Source: an uncultured Verrucomicrobiota bacterium | GTDB taxonomy: Bacteria; Verrucomicrobiota; Kiritimatiellia; CAIQIC01; CAZMXS01 | Assembly (NCBI GenBank): GCA_964570325.1 | Contig: CAZMXS010000002.1 | Coordinates: 17,398-81,397, forward strand | DNA length: 64,000 bases | Direction: 5' to 3' | Shown: positions 12,367-22,104 of the stretch, one piece after another | How positions within the stretch are numbered: the first letter of the stretch is position 1 | Layout of the letters: each line of letters begins with the position of its first letter | The notes under the pieces: generated by a model | Seen by the model: only the letters and a program-made list of their open reading frames with translations | Told to the model about the DNA's origin: nothing | Database searches by the model: none | Program-made: the position numbers and the translations under genes

Positions 12367-12570
12367 TTAACGGATGACCATCCGCAGCAGACCGTTCAAC
12401 ACCAGATCGCTGGCACCGACGAACACTCCCACGATCAACACGGAGATGATCACCACCACCGTAGATTCCACCAGCTCCGCGCGCGTGGGCCAGGAACACT
12501 TCTTCAGCTCCACGCGCACCTCCTCAATGAAGGTCTTGATGCCGGTCACAAATTGTCTGATCTTGTTCAT
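12367..12570 (-). CDS. secE: preprotein translocase subunit SecE
   Basis: Internal start MNKIRQFVTGIKTFIEEVRVELKKCSWPTRAELVESTVVVIISVLIVGVFVGASDLV; single TM helix; located between tRNA-Trp and nusG. Confidence 0.85.
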   Translation of the reverse strand: MNKIRQFVTGIKTFIEEVRVELKKCSWPTRAELVESTVVVIISVLIVGVFVGASDLVLNGLLRMVIR

Positions 12571-12607
12571 AAGTGATCCGCCCGCCCCCCATGATCGCGC
12601 CACCGCT

Positions 12608-12685
12608 TGGCAGGCCAGGAGGGACTTGAACCCCCAACACCCGGTTTTGGAGACCGGTACTCTGCCAATTGAGCTACTGGCCTAC
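12608..12685 (-). tRNA. tRNA-Trp (anticodon CCA)
   Basis: Minus-strand sequence GTAGGCCAGTAGCTCAATTGGCAGAGTACCGGTCTCCAAAACCGGGTGTTGGGGGTTCAAGTCCCTCCTGGCCTGCCA folds as a cloverleaf with anticodon-loop CTCCAAA. Position between rpmG and secE is canonical. Confidence 0.85.
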
Positions 12686-12701
12686 CCCCGAAACCGCTCC
12701 G

Positions 12702-12854
12702 CTATTTGATCTCTCGGTGCGTTGTATGCTTCCGTTCAGCCGGGCAGAACTTCTTCAGCTCCAGCCGCTCCGTCGAAGTGCGCTTGTTCTTGGTTGTCGC
12801 ATAGTTCCTGCGCTTGCACTCCGTGCACGCCATCTGGATGATCTCTCTGGGCAT
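12702..12854 (-). CDS. rpmG: 50S ribosomal protein L33
   Basis: Below the ORF-track size threshold. Minus-strand ATG at 12854 translates to [50 protein letters not shown] (50 aa, CxxC...C L33 signature). Confidence 0.85.
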   Translation of the reverse strand: MPREIIQMACTECKRRNYATTKNKRTSTERLELKKFCPAERKHTTHREIK

Positions 12855-12894
12855 ATCGCGCCTCTTCCGCTTTGCGCCGCGCCGGACCGCCCGG

Positions 12895-14103
12895 CTACTT
12901 GATGATATCCGTCACGCGCCCGGCGCCGACCGTGCGACCACCCTCGCGAATGGCGAAGCGCATCGTCTTCTCCATGGCAATCGGGGTAATCAGCTTGACT
13001 TCCATGCTGACATTGTCGCCCGGCATGACCATGTCCACGCCCGCCGGCAGCGTAATATCGCCGGTGACGTCGGTCGTACGGAAATAGAACTGCGGGCGAT
13101 ACCCCTTGAAGAACGGGGTGTGCCGGCCGCCTTCATCCTTGCTCAAAATATAAACTTCCGCCTTGAACTCGGTGTGCGGCGTGATGGATCCCGGCTTCGC
13201 CACCACCTGCCCGCGTTCCACATCCTCCTTTTTCAGGCCGCGCAGCAGGCAACCGATATTGTCGCCCGCGCGCCCCTCATCCAAGAGCTTGCGGAACATC
13301 TCGACGCCCGTCACCACTGTCTTCTGCGTATCGCGCAGGCCGACGATCTCCACTTCCTCGCCAACCTTGATGATCCCGCGCTCCACACGGCCGGTTACCA
13401 CCGTGCCGCGGCCTTCGATCGAGAACACGTCCTCGATCGGCATCAAGAACGCCTGATCAATGATCCGAACCGGCTCCGGCACGAACGAATCGACCGCGTC
13501 CAGCAGTTCGGCGATGCACTTGGCGTCCGGATGATCCGGCGACGGCGCATTGATCGCCTTCAGCGCGGAACCCCGGATGATCGGCGTCTTGTCGCCCGGG
13601 AATTCATACTTCGTCAACAGCTCGCGAATCTCGAGTTCGACAAGGTCCAGCAGCTCCGGATCATCCACCGTGTCCACTTTGTTCAGGAAGACGACGATCG
13701 CCGGCACGCCCACTTGGCGGGCCAGCAGGATGTGTTCGCGCGTCTGGGGCATCGGACCGTCAGAGGCGCTGACGACAAGGATCGCGCCGTCCATCTGCGC
13801 CGCGCCGGTGATCATGTTCTTAATGTAGTCGGCGTGCCCCGGACAATCCACGTGCGCGTAATGGCGCTTCGGCGACTGGTACTCCACATGCGATGTCGCA
13901 ATTGTCAGAATCTTGGTTGGATCGCGCCGGCCCTGGGACTCGGAGGCCTTGGCCACCTGGTCATACGACACGTACGTGGCCATATTCCGGGCCGACTGGA
14001 CCTTCGTGATCGCCGCGGTCAGCGTCGTTTTGCCATGGTCCACGTGGCCAATGGTGCCGACATTGACGTGCGGTTTGGTGCGTTCGAATTTTTCCTTAGC
14101 CAT
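12895..14103 (-). CDS. tuf: elongation factor Tu
   Basis: [33 protein letters not shown]...[26 protein letters not shown]...; 402 aa. Confidence 0.97.
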   Translation of the reverse strand: MAKEKFERTKPHVNVGTIGHVDHGKTTLTAAITKVQSARNMATYVSYDQVAKASESQGRRDPTKILTIATSHVEYQSPKRHYAHVDCPGHADYIKNMITGAAQMDGAILVVSASDGPMPQTREHILLARQVGVPAIVVFLNKVDTVDDPELLDLVELEIRELLTKYEFPGDKTPIIRGSALKAINAPSPDHPDAKCIAELLDAVDSFVPEPVRIIDQAFLMPIEDVFSIEGRGTVVTGRVERGIIKVGEEVEIVGLRDTQKTVVTGVEMFRKLLDEGRAGDNIGCLLRGLKKEDVERGQVVAKPGSITPHTEFKAEVYILSKDEGGRHTPFFKGYRPQFYFRTTDVTGDITLPAGVDMVMPGDNVSMEVKLITPIAMEKTMRFAIREGGRTVGAGRVTDIIK

Positions 14104-14197
14104 GAGTTGCCTCCTCGCCTGTGCTTCGTTTTTTACCCTTCCGTTGTCGTTGCCGCATCTTCACGCCATCCGCGCAATCCCCGCCGCGGCCTGCAGC

Positions 14198-14273
14198 TGG
14201 AGCCCACGAGCGGGATTGAACCGCTGACCTCGTCCTTACCAAGGACGTGCTCTACCAACTGAGCTACGTGGGC
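14198..14273 (-). tRNA. tRNA-Thr (anticodon GGT)
   Basis: Minus-strand GCCCACGTAGCTCAGTTGGTAGAGCACGTCCTTGGTAAGGACGAGGTCAGCGGTTCAATCCCGCTCGTGGGCTCCA; anticodon-loop CTTGGTAAG; immediately upstream of tuf. Confidence 0.85.
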
Positions 14274-14327
14274 TTCAATCCACCCCGCGGCTTCCGCCGG
14301 CCACGCCGGCTACCCGCGCGCAAAACA

Positions 14328-14348
14328 AAAAGACACAAGACAAAACAC
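14328..14348. repeat. degenerate heptanucleotide tandem tract (AAAAGAC / ACAAGAC / AAAACAC)
   Basis: Three consecutive 7-nt units with 5/7-6/7 identity, inside an AT-rich 450-bp intergenic island upstream of tRNA-Thr. Confidence 0.4.
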
Positions 14349-14733
14349 TCCCCGCTCCGCAGTACTCACTCAATTCCATGAGACAGCGAGAAGTGTTCTT
14401 GCTCTACCAGTCTCGATATAAGAAGGCTCGTCGCCGAAACCTTCGATTCCGCGTGAATGTATAAGAAAGAATCCGCGTGTCAACCAACAAATGAAAAAAT
14501 TTTTAAGTGGCATATTATTGGCACGGTTCTTAACAATCCGCCCGCCCAATACAGCGCGCCGGGACAGCGCACCAACCGGCAGGATATGGAGAACGGCCAA
14601 TCGCGAAAGCGGGAAAGGCAAAAAGAACGAAGAACTTAAGCATTTGACCATGAATATGTTAGATCACAAAAAGGCGTTCGCCAAATTTAACAGATGGAAC
14701 CGTTCCCGATATTTGTATCAGGTTGAGTAGTTC

Positions 14734-17700
14734 ATGAATGCTTTTCGGATCATGCTCGCTGCGGCGTTGGCAAGCGGCGCGCTGGCGCTTGAGCCCAGCG
14801 CACAGGCAGCCAATTTGCTGCGAAATAACGGGTTCGAAGCCCCGACCAGCACGGACTGGACGCAGGAGAACACGAACTGGTTTACTTGGGGTGGAGCTTT
14901 TCGCACAGATTGGCAGAAATATGCCGGCAACTATGCCCTCGGCATCCCCGGCTCCTGGAGCGGCTCCACCAGCGGCGGCTTCGAGCAAAAGGCGCCGGTG
15001 ACCAATGGGCATCGCTATGCCGTCAGTTTCTTTTATTTCTGGGACAATGAGTTTCAGGCCAGTCAGCGCTCTTTTTCGGCGCATTGGTACGACGCCACCG
15101 CCGCCTGGCTCGCTTCACATGAGTATGACCTCAATCTTGTCGGCGCTCAATCCAACTGGTGCTTCTCCGGCTGGTATCCGCTGCGCGCGCCCGACGGCGC
15201 GGCGCGCCTGGAAATCAAGCTGGATATTGCCGGCGTGGGCGGCGGTGGAGTGCTCTATCTGGATGAATTTGCGCTTGAGGATTGCGGCACGGCGCTCGAT
15301 TCTTTTTTGGCCAACGGCACCTGGGAGACCCCGCCGGATCAGACCGGATACGGCAACTGGCGCCTCGCGGGCAATGCGATCCATTCGGATTGGCAGAAAC
15401 ACGCCGGCCAATATGCGGTCGGCTTCTGCGGCCGCTGGTGGGGCGCCCAGACGCAATGCCTCGCCCGCCAATGCATCGCCGTAACCGGCAGCCACGTCTA
15501 TGCGACGGATTTCTGGCACTTTTGGGACAACGATTTCACCTGCGCAGTCCGGCAGTTCAGCGTTGAATGGAAAAACAGCGCCGGCGTCGGCCTGGGAACC
15601 AATCTGACGATCGTCCTCACCAATGGCGCTCAAGCCCAATGGCATCTGGCCGGCCCGTTCACCGTCACCGCCCCCGTCGCTGCCGCCGCCGCCGTTATCC
15701 AATACCGCTGCGCCGGCATGGGGACCAGTGGCGTGTATTATCTGGATGACATCACCTGGCGCGATCAATCCGCCGCCGGCCCCGCCTTCTTTCGGCGGCA
15801 AGGCACCAATATCGTGGATGGCCAGGGCCAGCCGTTCCTCATCCGCGGCGAGGCGCTCAGCGGCTGGCTTTCACCCGAACCCTACATGCTGCAGATTTCC
15901 GGCGACGCCAGCGGGCGGGTCTACAGCACGCACACGCGCCTGCGTAACCAGATCAACTGGATTCTCAAGAACCGCGCGGAAATTGACCTGTTCTGGAACA
16001 CCTACAACTCCAATTTTGTGACGGAAAGCGATATCCAATTCCTGGCCGATGAGGGCTGCAACACGCTGCGCATCCCGCTTAATTTCCGGGATCTCAGCCC
16101 GCAGAATAACGAGGGGGCCTTCCTGCCCGACACGTTCGCGTTGCTCGATCGCGTGATCGGCTGGTGCCGCGCGCGCGGGCTGCGCGTCATCCTCGATCTC
16201 CATGTCTGCCCCGGCGGCCAGGCCCCTGAAACCTCCGGCGACCCCGAATACCTGCAAACAATCAGCAACCAGGAGCATGGCGTGGAATGCCTTTGGGTCA
16301 CCAACGCGGCCTACACCACGCTGACTGGCCGCACGCCGGAATCCAATCGCCGCCGCACCGCCGATATCTGGCGCGAGCTCGCGCGTCATTTCCGCACCAA
16401 TGAATATGTCATGGGTTATGAACTGATCAACGAACCGCACCTGCCCGCCATCACCTGGTCAAACCTCCTGCGCGCCACGTTTGTCCAGATCAGCTCGGCC
16501 ATCCGTGAGGTGGACACGAACCACTTGCTCTTCGTCGAGGGCGATATGTTTGCCGAGCGCATTGACGGGCTGCTCCCAATGTGGGACGGCAACACCGGCA
16601 TTGCCGTTCACCGCTACTGGCGCGAGACCGGCTACCAGGACGGCTGGGTACAGACCTATCTCGACGCGCGCGCCGCGCACCAGGTTCCGTTCTGGCTGAG
16701 CGAGGCGGGCGAGAATTCCAGCCCGTGGTATCATGACGTGGCCCGGCTCTTCGAAAGCAACCGCATCGGCTGGACGTGGTGGGGCTGGAAAAAAGTGGAC
16801 AGCATTTCGTGCGCGCTTTCCGTTTCAAAATCCACCAACTACCAGTACGTCATTGACCATTTGTGGAGTTCCAACGTCAATCCGGTCCTGTTCCGCGCCG
16901 GGCTCATGGCCCTGGCCGACGCGGTCAAGTTCACCAATTGCACGTTGCGCAAGGAATGGCCGCTGGCTTTGTTCGACACCAACGGCCGCTATAACACGGC
17001 CACAACGCCCTACACCAACCACACGCTCCCTTGCGCGATCCAACTGGCCGACTACGACATCGGCACCATCCACCAAGCCTATTACGACACCGACTACTGG
17101 GCGACCAACTATCCCCCCGCCGCATGGAACCGGGGCTGGGGCTACCGCAACAACGGCGTGGATGTTGTGCCGTTGAACAGCGGCGGCTACTACGTCGGCT
17201 ACAACGTCGCCGGCGAGTGGGTGCGCTACACGATTCAGGTGGTTCACGGCAGCCGCTACGATATCCGGCTGAACGTGTCTTCGCCGGACAGCGCCGGCAA
17301 GGTGGCGGTGTACCTTGACGAAACCAACGCGCTCACCGGCGTCATCAACATCCCGCACACGGGCGGGTGGGAAAACTGGAGTCCCGTCACGATCAGCAAC
17401 TGCGTCATCCCAGCCGCCGGCGTCCACACCCTGAAGGTCAGCGTGGTCAGCGAGTCGCTCAACATGCGCGACATGCAGATCAGCTTCCCCAATGTGAACT
17501 TCCTGGACTATGACAACGACGGCATGGACGACCGCTGGGAAGTTCGGCAGGGCGGGCACCTGCCGCCAACCGGCGACCCGGACGGCGACCGAATGAGCAA
17601 CGTGAACGAGTATCTCGCGGATACCGACCCATTCAGCGCCACGTCATACTTCGCGGAGGCCATCAGCCGCACCCGCACCAACACCGTGCTGAGCGTGCCC

Positions 17701-17865
17701 ATCACCTCGACGGCGCGGTACTACGCCATCCACAGCGCCACGAACCTGGTGCGCGGCCCGTGGCGGGCGCTGGGCGCCAACCTTAAGGGTACCGGCGGCG
17801 CGCTGACCTGGTCGGACACCAGCAGCCCGCGCAACGTGTACTACCGCTGGCTCGCCGCGCCGTAG
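14734..17865 (+). CDS. secreted multidomain glycoside hydrolase: two N-terminal beta-sandwich (CBM-like) repeats, GH5 catalytic domain, CBM6/35-like module, C-terminal Ca-binding repeat + terminal domain
   Basis: Signal peptide MNAFRIMLAAALASGALALEPSAQA. Repeated ...DWQK[YH]AG[NQ]YA[LV]G... modules. GH5 signatures RIPLNF, acid/base GYELINEPHL, nucleophile region WLSEAGE. CBM6-like VYLDETNALTGVINIPHTGGWENW. C-terminal DYDNDGMDDRWE...DPDGDRMSNVNEYLADTDP...YYRWLAAP. Confidence 0.65.
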   Translation: MNAFRIMLAAALASGALALEPSAQAANLLRNNGFEAPTSTDWTQENTNWFTWGGAFRTDWQKYAGNYALGIPGSWSGSTSGGFEQKAPVTNGHRYAVSFFYFWDNEFQASQRSFSAHWYDATAAWLASHEYDLNLVGAQSNWCFSGWYPLRAPDGAARLEIKLDIAGVGGGGVLYLDEFALEDCGTALDSFLANGTWETPPDQTGYGNWRLAGNAIHSDWQKHAGQYAVGFCGRWWGAQTQCLARQCIAVTGSHVYATDFWHFWDNDFTCAVRQFSVEWKNSAGVGLGTNLTIVLTNGAQAQWHLAGPFTVTAPVAAAAAVIQYRCAGMGTSGVYYLDDITWRDQSAAGPAFFRRQGTNIVDGQGQPFLIRGEALSGWLSPEPYMLQISGDASGRVYSTHTRLRNQINWILKNRAEIDLFWNTYNSNFVTESDIQFLADEGCNTLRIPLNFRDLSPQNNEGAFLPDTFALLDRVIGWCRARGLRVILDLHVCPGGQAPETSGDPEYLQTISNQEHGVECLWVTNAAYTTLTGRTPESNRRRTADIWRELARHFRTNEYVMGYELINEPHLPAITWSNLLRATFVQISSAIREVDTNHLLFVEGDMFAERIDGLLPMWDGNTGIAVHRYWRETGYQDGWVQTYLDARAAHQVPFWLSEAGENSSPWYHDVARLFESNRIGWTWWGWKKVDSISCALSVSKSTNYQYVIDHLWSSNVNPVLFRAGLMALADAVKFTNCTLRKEWPLALFDTNGRYNTATTPYTNHTLPCAIQLADYDIGTIHQAYYDTDYWATNYPPAAWNRGWGYRNNGVDVVPLNSGGYYVGYNVAGEWVRYTIQVVHGSRYDIRLNVSSPDSAGKVAVYLDETNALTGVINIPHTGGWENWSPVTISNCVIPAAGVHTLKVSVVSESLNMRDMQISFPNVNFLDYDNDGMDDRWEVRQGGHLPPTGDPDGDRMSNVNEYLADTDPFSATSYFAEAISRTRTNTVLSVPITSTARYYAIHSATNLVRGPWRALGANLKGTGGALTWSDTSSPRNVYYRWLAAP

Positions 17866-18181
17866 CCGGCGATGGCTACGCGGCGCCATCGCAAAAAATC
17901 CCGTTCGATGGTCTAAGTTTTCCCTGTCGCCGTGGTAAAAAAAGCAGGTTGCTTCCGTCTGCGGATCCGGCGTCTCCAGATTCCTGCGGCCGGACCCATT
18001 TCACTCGCGGCGGGCCCCTGCGCACATGCAGGCAATTCATGGATCCATTCCTGCCGCGATGGAGTATGCGCCCCCCGGGCGCCTCCACATTCCAGCCGTG
18101 CGAATCCTCTTCCTCCGTGGACCAATCAATTCCCGCCAATTCACGGTTGCAAAACCGGCAAAATTCACAAAAAGATACGCC

Positions 18182-19714
18182 ATGTCTTTCACCAACCCTA
18201 TTCTGCCGGGCTTTTACCCCGATCCCAGCATTTGCCGCGTCGGGACTGATTTTTACTTGGCCACCAGCAGCTTCGAGTACTTTCCCGGCGTGCCGGTTTT
18301 TCACAGTCGCGACCTGGTCCATTGGCGGCAAATCGGGCACGCCCTCGACCGGCCCAGCCAGTTGCCGCTGGCCCATGCCGTCTCCTCCGGCGGCATTCTC
18401 GCGCCCACCATCCGGCATCACCAGGATCGCTTTTACCTGGTCACCACCAATTTCACGGCGGGCCGCCATCTGCTCGTTCACGCCACTGACCCCGCCGGCC
18501 CATGGTCGGAGCCGCTCTGGCTGGGCCACGACGGCATTGATCCATCGCTCTTTTTCGATGACGATGGGCGCGTGTTTTTCTGCTGCACCGGGCCTGGCGG
18601 CATCCAGCAGGCGGAATTGGACCTGGCCGCCGGCCGATTCGTCTCGGATTGGCGCCTGCTCTGGGGCGGGACCGGCGGCTCGTTCCCCGAAGCGCCGCAC
18701 CTCTACAAAATCAACGGAGTCTATTATCTCATGCTCGCCGAAGGCGGCACGGAGTACGGACACATGGTGACAATCGCGCGCGCCGCCGGGCCTTGGGGTC
18801 CGTTTGAGCCCTGTCCACGCAACCCGATCCTCAGCCATCGCAGTCGGGCGCTGGACCTCCGCTCCACCGGCCACGGCGATCTCGCGCAGGACCACGCCGG
18901 TAACTGGTGGATCGTGTTTCTTGGCGTGCGGCCGGTGGGCTACCCGCCTTGCCATCACCTCGGCCGCGAAACCTGCCTTGCGCCGGTGACTTGGGATGCG
19001 GCGGGCTGGCCGGTGGTCAATCAGAACCAACCGGTCCAACTCCTGATGCATACCCCCGCGCTGCCGGCCGCGCCGTGGCCGGCCACCCCAAGCCGTGACG
19101 ATTTCGACGCCCCGCGACTGGCTTTCCAGTGGAACTTCTTACGCAATCCGAGCGCGGACGACTGGTCACTCACCACGCGCCCAGGCCACCTGCGCCTGCG
19201 GGGCAGCGCCTTCACACTCGATGACTTCGAATCGCCGGCTTTTATCGGGCGGCGTCAGCAGCACTTCCACGCGCGCGCCGCCGCGCGCCTCGATTTCACG
19301 CCAACGGCGCCGAATGAGGAGGCGGGCCTGACCGTGCTGATGAACAATCGGCACCATTATGAAATTGGCGTGACGCTTAAAGACGGGCGGCGCTGCGCGC
19401 AAGTGCGCCGTCGGATCGGTTCGCTCAGCGCCATCGTCGCCAATGAGCCGATTCCCAACGGCGCGCTGATCCTGGCTATTTCCGCCGATCCGAATTGGTA
19501 CACCTTCACCGTGGAGGATGCAGCCGGCGTCCGGCGGGAACTGGCGCGCGCGGAGACGCGCTATCTTTCAACCGAGGTGGCCGGCGGATTCACCGGCGTC
19601 TATCTCGGGATGTACGCCACCGGCAACGGAGCGCCCGCGCGCGCGGCCGCGGACTTCGACTGGTTCGAATATACGAATGAAAACCCGGGAACGCCGTCGG
19701 CGCGACCCGAATAA
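18182..19714 (+). CDS. GH43 beta-xylosidase / alpha-L-arabinofuranosidase (5-bladed propeller + C-terminal beta-sandwich)
   Basis: Internal start MSFTNPILPGFYPDPSICRVGTDFYLATSSFEYFPGVPVFHSRDLVHWRQIGHAL is the canonical GH43 XynB-type N-terminus; 510 aa. The upstream extension in the track ORF (from 18026) is non-conserved. Confidence 0.85.
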   Translation: MSFTNPILPGFYPDPSICRVGTDFYLATSSFEYFPGVPVFHSRDLVHWRQIGHALDRPSQLPLAHAVSSGGILAPTIRHHQDRFYLVTTNFTAGRHLLVHATDPAGPWSEPLWLGHDGIDPSLFFDDDGRVFFCCTGPGGIQQAELDLAAGRFVSDWRLLWGGTGGSFPEAPHLYKINGVYYLMLAEGGTEYGHMVTIARAAGPWGPFEPCPRNPILSHRSRALDLRSTGHGDLAQDHAGNWWIVFLGVRPVGYPPCHHLGRETCLAPVTWDAAGWPVVNQNQPVQLLMHTPALPAAPWPATPSRDDFDAPRLAFQWNFLRNPSADDWSLTTRPGHLRLRGSAFTLDDFESPAFIGRRQQHFHARAAARLDFTPTAPNEEAGLTVLMNNRHHYEIGVTLKDGRRCAQVRRRIGSLSAIVANEPIPNGALILAISADPNWYTFTVEDAAGVRRELARAETRYLSTEVAGGFTGVYLGMYATGNGAPARAAADFDWFEYTNENPGTPSARPE

Positions 19715-19832
19715 TCGGATTAAATCGGAAGGTTGAAGCGGGCCGAATGCCTGCGTTCCATGGGGCGCGCCAAAACGCGGTCGCGTCTGACAATGGCTTG
19801 CATCACCGTCAACCGTTCGGGAATATCCGCAC

Positions 19833-21173
19833 GTGCGCATCAAACTTATCATGCCGATCGGCCGCAGCAATCTGATGGGCAAGGATTTCTATTTTCGCCT
19901 GCCCGCCCTCGGACTGCTCAAAGTGGCCGCGCTGACTCCGGCGCCGCACACGGTCACCATTAGCGACGAGGCGCTGGCGCCCCTCGACTTCGACAAACCG
20001 GCCGACCTGGTCGGACTCAGCGTGATGACCCCGATGGCCATGCGCGCCTATGAGATCGCGGACGAGTATCGCCGGCGCGGCGTCCAGGTGGTCCTTGGCG
20101 GCGTGCACGCCACAATGTGCTACGACGAGGCCATTCGGCATGCCGACACGATCGTGAAGGGGCAGGCGGAGGGCTGCTGGGAGGAACTGCTGCGCGACGC
20201 CGCCGGCGGCGCGCTCCAGCCCTGCTACGCGAGCCGCAAGGCGATCCCGATCGAAGGCATCGCGCCCGCGCCGTGGCGCCTGGTGCGCGGCAAGGGCTAC
20301 CTGCCGGTGCATTTCATCGAAACCAGCCGCGGGTGCAGCCTGGCCTGTGAGTTCTGCTCCGTGACCGCCTATTTCGGCGGCCAGCACCGTTTTCGGCCGG
20401 TCGGCGAGGTAGTGCGCGAGATCGAGGGCTTCCAGTGGCATACCGGCCGGTTTGTCCTGCCGCGCGCGGTTTTCTTTGTGGACGACAACATCATCAACCA
20501 GCGCGCCTACGCGCTCGACCTGTTCAAGCAGATCGAGCGATTCAACATGAACTGGACCGGACAGGTCTCGATGGATCTGGCGGAGGATGATGAACTGCTC
20601 AATGCCATGGTGAAATCCAACTGCATCGGCGTCGTGTTGGGCATTGAAACGATCGTGCCGGAGAACGCCGCCGAAATCGGCGCCAAGATTCGGACGCCGG
20701 AATATTATCGCTGGGCGGTCAACAAGATCCACGACGCTGGAATCGGCGTCTACGGCTCGTTCGTGTTCGGTTTCGACCAGGACGGACTCGACGTTTTTGA
20801 GCGATTCGAGACGTTCATCCGCACTACCCGGCTCGACGCTGTGCACTGCTCAATCCTGACCCCCTACCCCGGCACCCGCCTGCACCGCCGGCTGAAAAAA
20901 GAGGGACGCCTGTTCCATGAAAACTGGGAAATCTACGACACCTCGCATGTCGTTTTCCAACCCGCCCGCATGACGCCGGATCAATTGTTGCAGGGCTACA
21001 ACTGGGCCTTGAGCCGGGCCTATTCGATCGGCGCCATCCTCCGCCGCTACCGGCACGAACGCAAGCGGCACTTCAAGTTCTTCGGTCCGATGAACATTGG
21101 TTTTCGCATTACCACCCGCCGCTACCTCAAGCGCCAGACCACGCCGCCGCGAAATCCGATCCGGAACCGATGA
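19833..21173 (+). CDS. B12-binding-domain radical SAM protein (class B rSAM), function unknown
   Basis: N-terminal cobalamin-binding Rossmann segment (DLVGLSVMTPMAMRAYEIADEYRRRGVQVVLGGVHATM...), then the radical-SAM cluster motif SRGCSLACEFCSV (CxxxCxxC). Probable GTG start at 19833. Confidence 0.75.
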   Translation: MRIKLIMPIGRSNLMGKDFYFRLPALGLLKVAALTPAPHTVTISDEALAPLDFDKPADLVGLSVMTPMAMRAYEIADEYRRRGVQVVLGGVHATMCYDEAIRHADTIVKGQAEGCWEELLRDAAGGALQPCYASRKAIPIEGIAPAPWRLVRGKGYLPVHFIETSRGCSLACEFCSVTAYFGGQHRFRPVGEVVREIEGFQWHTGRFVLPRAVFFVDDNIINQRAYALDLFKQIERFNMNWTGQVSMDLAEDDELLNAMVKSNCIGVVLGIETIVPENAAEIGAKIRTPEYYRWAVNKIHDAGIGVYGSFVFGFDQDGLDVFERFETFIRTTRLDAVHCSILTPYPGTRLHRRLKKEGRLFHENWEIYDTSHVVFQPARMTPDQLLQGYNWALSRAYSIGAILRRYRHERKRHFKFFGPMNIGFRITTRRYLKRQTTPPRNPIRNR

Positions 21174-21186
21174 GCCCGCGCAGCCA

Positions 21187-22014
21187 TCACAAATCCGGGT
21201 ATAACTTCTTGATGCAATCCGGGCATAGGCCGTGGCTGAACTCGACATCGGCATGGGCATGGATGTAGGACTCGATCTGCTGCCAGTACCCGGAGTCATC
21301 GCGGATTTTCTTGCAGCCGGCGCAGATCGGCAACATGCCCCGCAACTGCTTGACCTGCGCCAAGGCCTCCTGCAATTCATGCAGCAGGCGCTCGCGTTGC
21401 TCCTCGGCCTGCTTGCGATCGGTGATGTCCATGGACACGCCGAACAGGTGGTATTTTTTCGGCTCGATCTGCTTGATCCGCGCGTCCTCCTGAAACCAGA
21501 CCGCCTTGCCGTTCTGGTCATGACAGAGGAATTCCTGGCGATACCCCCCCAAGCCGCCGCGAATCGCATTGCGCGCATTGTCGCCCAAGCGCAGGAGTTC
21601 ATTCCGGTCGCGGCCGTGATACCAAAGGCCCACGCGGTAGTTGACCGGCACCCGCTCGATGTTGATGAAATCGCCCTCCTCCTCGACAAAAACACGCAAG
21701 TCCCAGAGCAGATCGTAATCCACGTCCACCACCTCGGCGTGCCAGAGGACGCACTGGGCGCTTGCGCCAACCAGTCTGAACTCCTCCTCCGCCATCTTCC
21801 GTACGGCCAGGGCGGACATCATCGCCTCGCGATCCGCCTCGTCGTAGCTGCGCACCATCTCCTGGAAACGCGCGGTCGCCCGCTGCTCAACCCCGGCTTC
21901 AATACGGCGAATCTGCCGGCGAAGCAAAATCAGAGCCAGCGCTCCCGTCAGCATGATGACGCCAAACAGGGCTACGATAACGATCGCGCTGGGCATGATG
22001 GGCCCAATATACAC
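21187..22014 (-). CDS. membrane-anchored PAS-domain sensor with C-terminal Cys/His metal-binding (zinc-ribbon-like) module; no kinase domain
   Basis: N-terminal TM helix (IVIVALFGVIMLTGALALILL), central PAS-like region (VDYDLLWDLRVFVEEEGDFINIERVPVNYRVGLWYHGRDRNELLRLG), C-terminal LPICAGCKKIRDDSGYWQQIESYIHAHADVEFSHGLCPDCIKK. Confidence 0.5.
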   Translation of the reverse strand: MYIGPIMPSAIVIVALFGVIMLTGALALILLRRQIRRIEAGVEQRATARFQEMVRSYDEADREAMMSALAVRKMAEEEFRLVGASAQCVLWHAEVVDVDYDLLWDLRVFVEEEGDFINIERVPVNYRVGLWYHGRDRNELLRLGDNARNAIRGGLGGYRQEFLCHDQNGKAVWFQEDARIKQIEPKKYHLFGVSMDITDRKQAEEQRERLLHELQEALAQVKQLRGMLPICAGCKKIRDDSGYWQQIESYIHAHADVEFSHGLCPDCIKKLYPDL

Positions 22015-22104
22015 CCAAACAATCCGGGGCGATACTGGAATCGCTGACAGCCGGACGGCTGACGGGGCTCGCGTTGGCGCCGCATCAGCGCTCCCGGCGC
22101 CAGG

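Noticed and set aside
14370-14651. 93-aa (-) and 60-aa (+, 14457..14639) ORFs in the AT-rich island
   Set aside because: No signal, motif or conservation pattern; the composition is just that of AT-rich non-coding DNA. The region is more plausibly regulatory/sRNA space.
17866-18181. Hairpin CGATGGC-tacgcggc-GCCATCG after the GH5 gene as a terminator
   Set aside because: It is followed by an A-run, not a U-run, on the plus strand, and preceded by a U-run on the minus strand. It therefore does not fit an intrinsic terminator for either direction. GH5-GH43 may be co-transcribed.
17876-19051. 391-aa minus-strand ORF
   Set aside because: Antisense to the GH43 gene, whose product carries unmistakable GH43 motifs; no features of its own.
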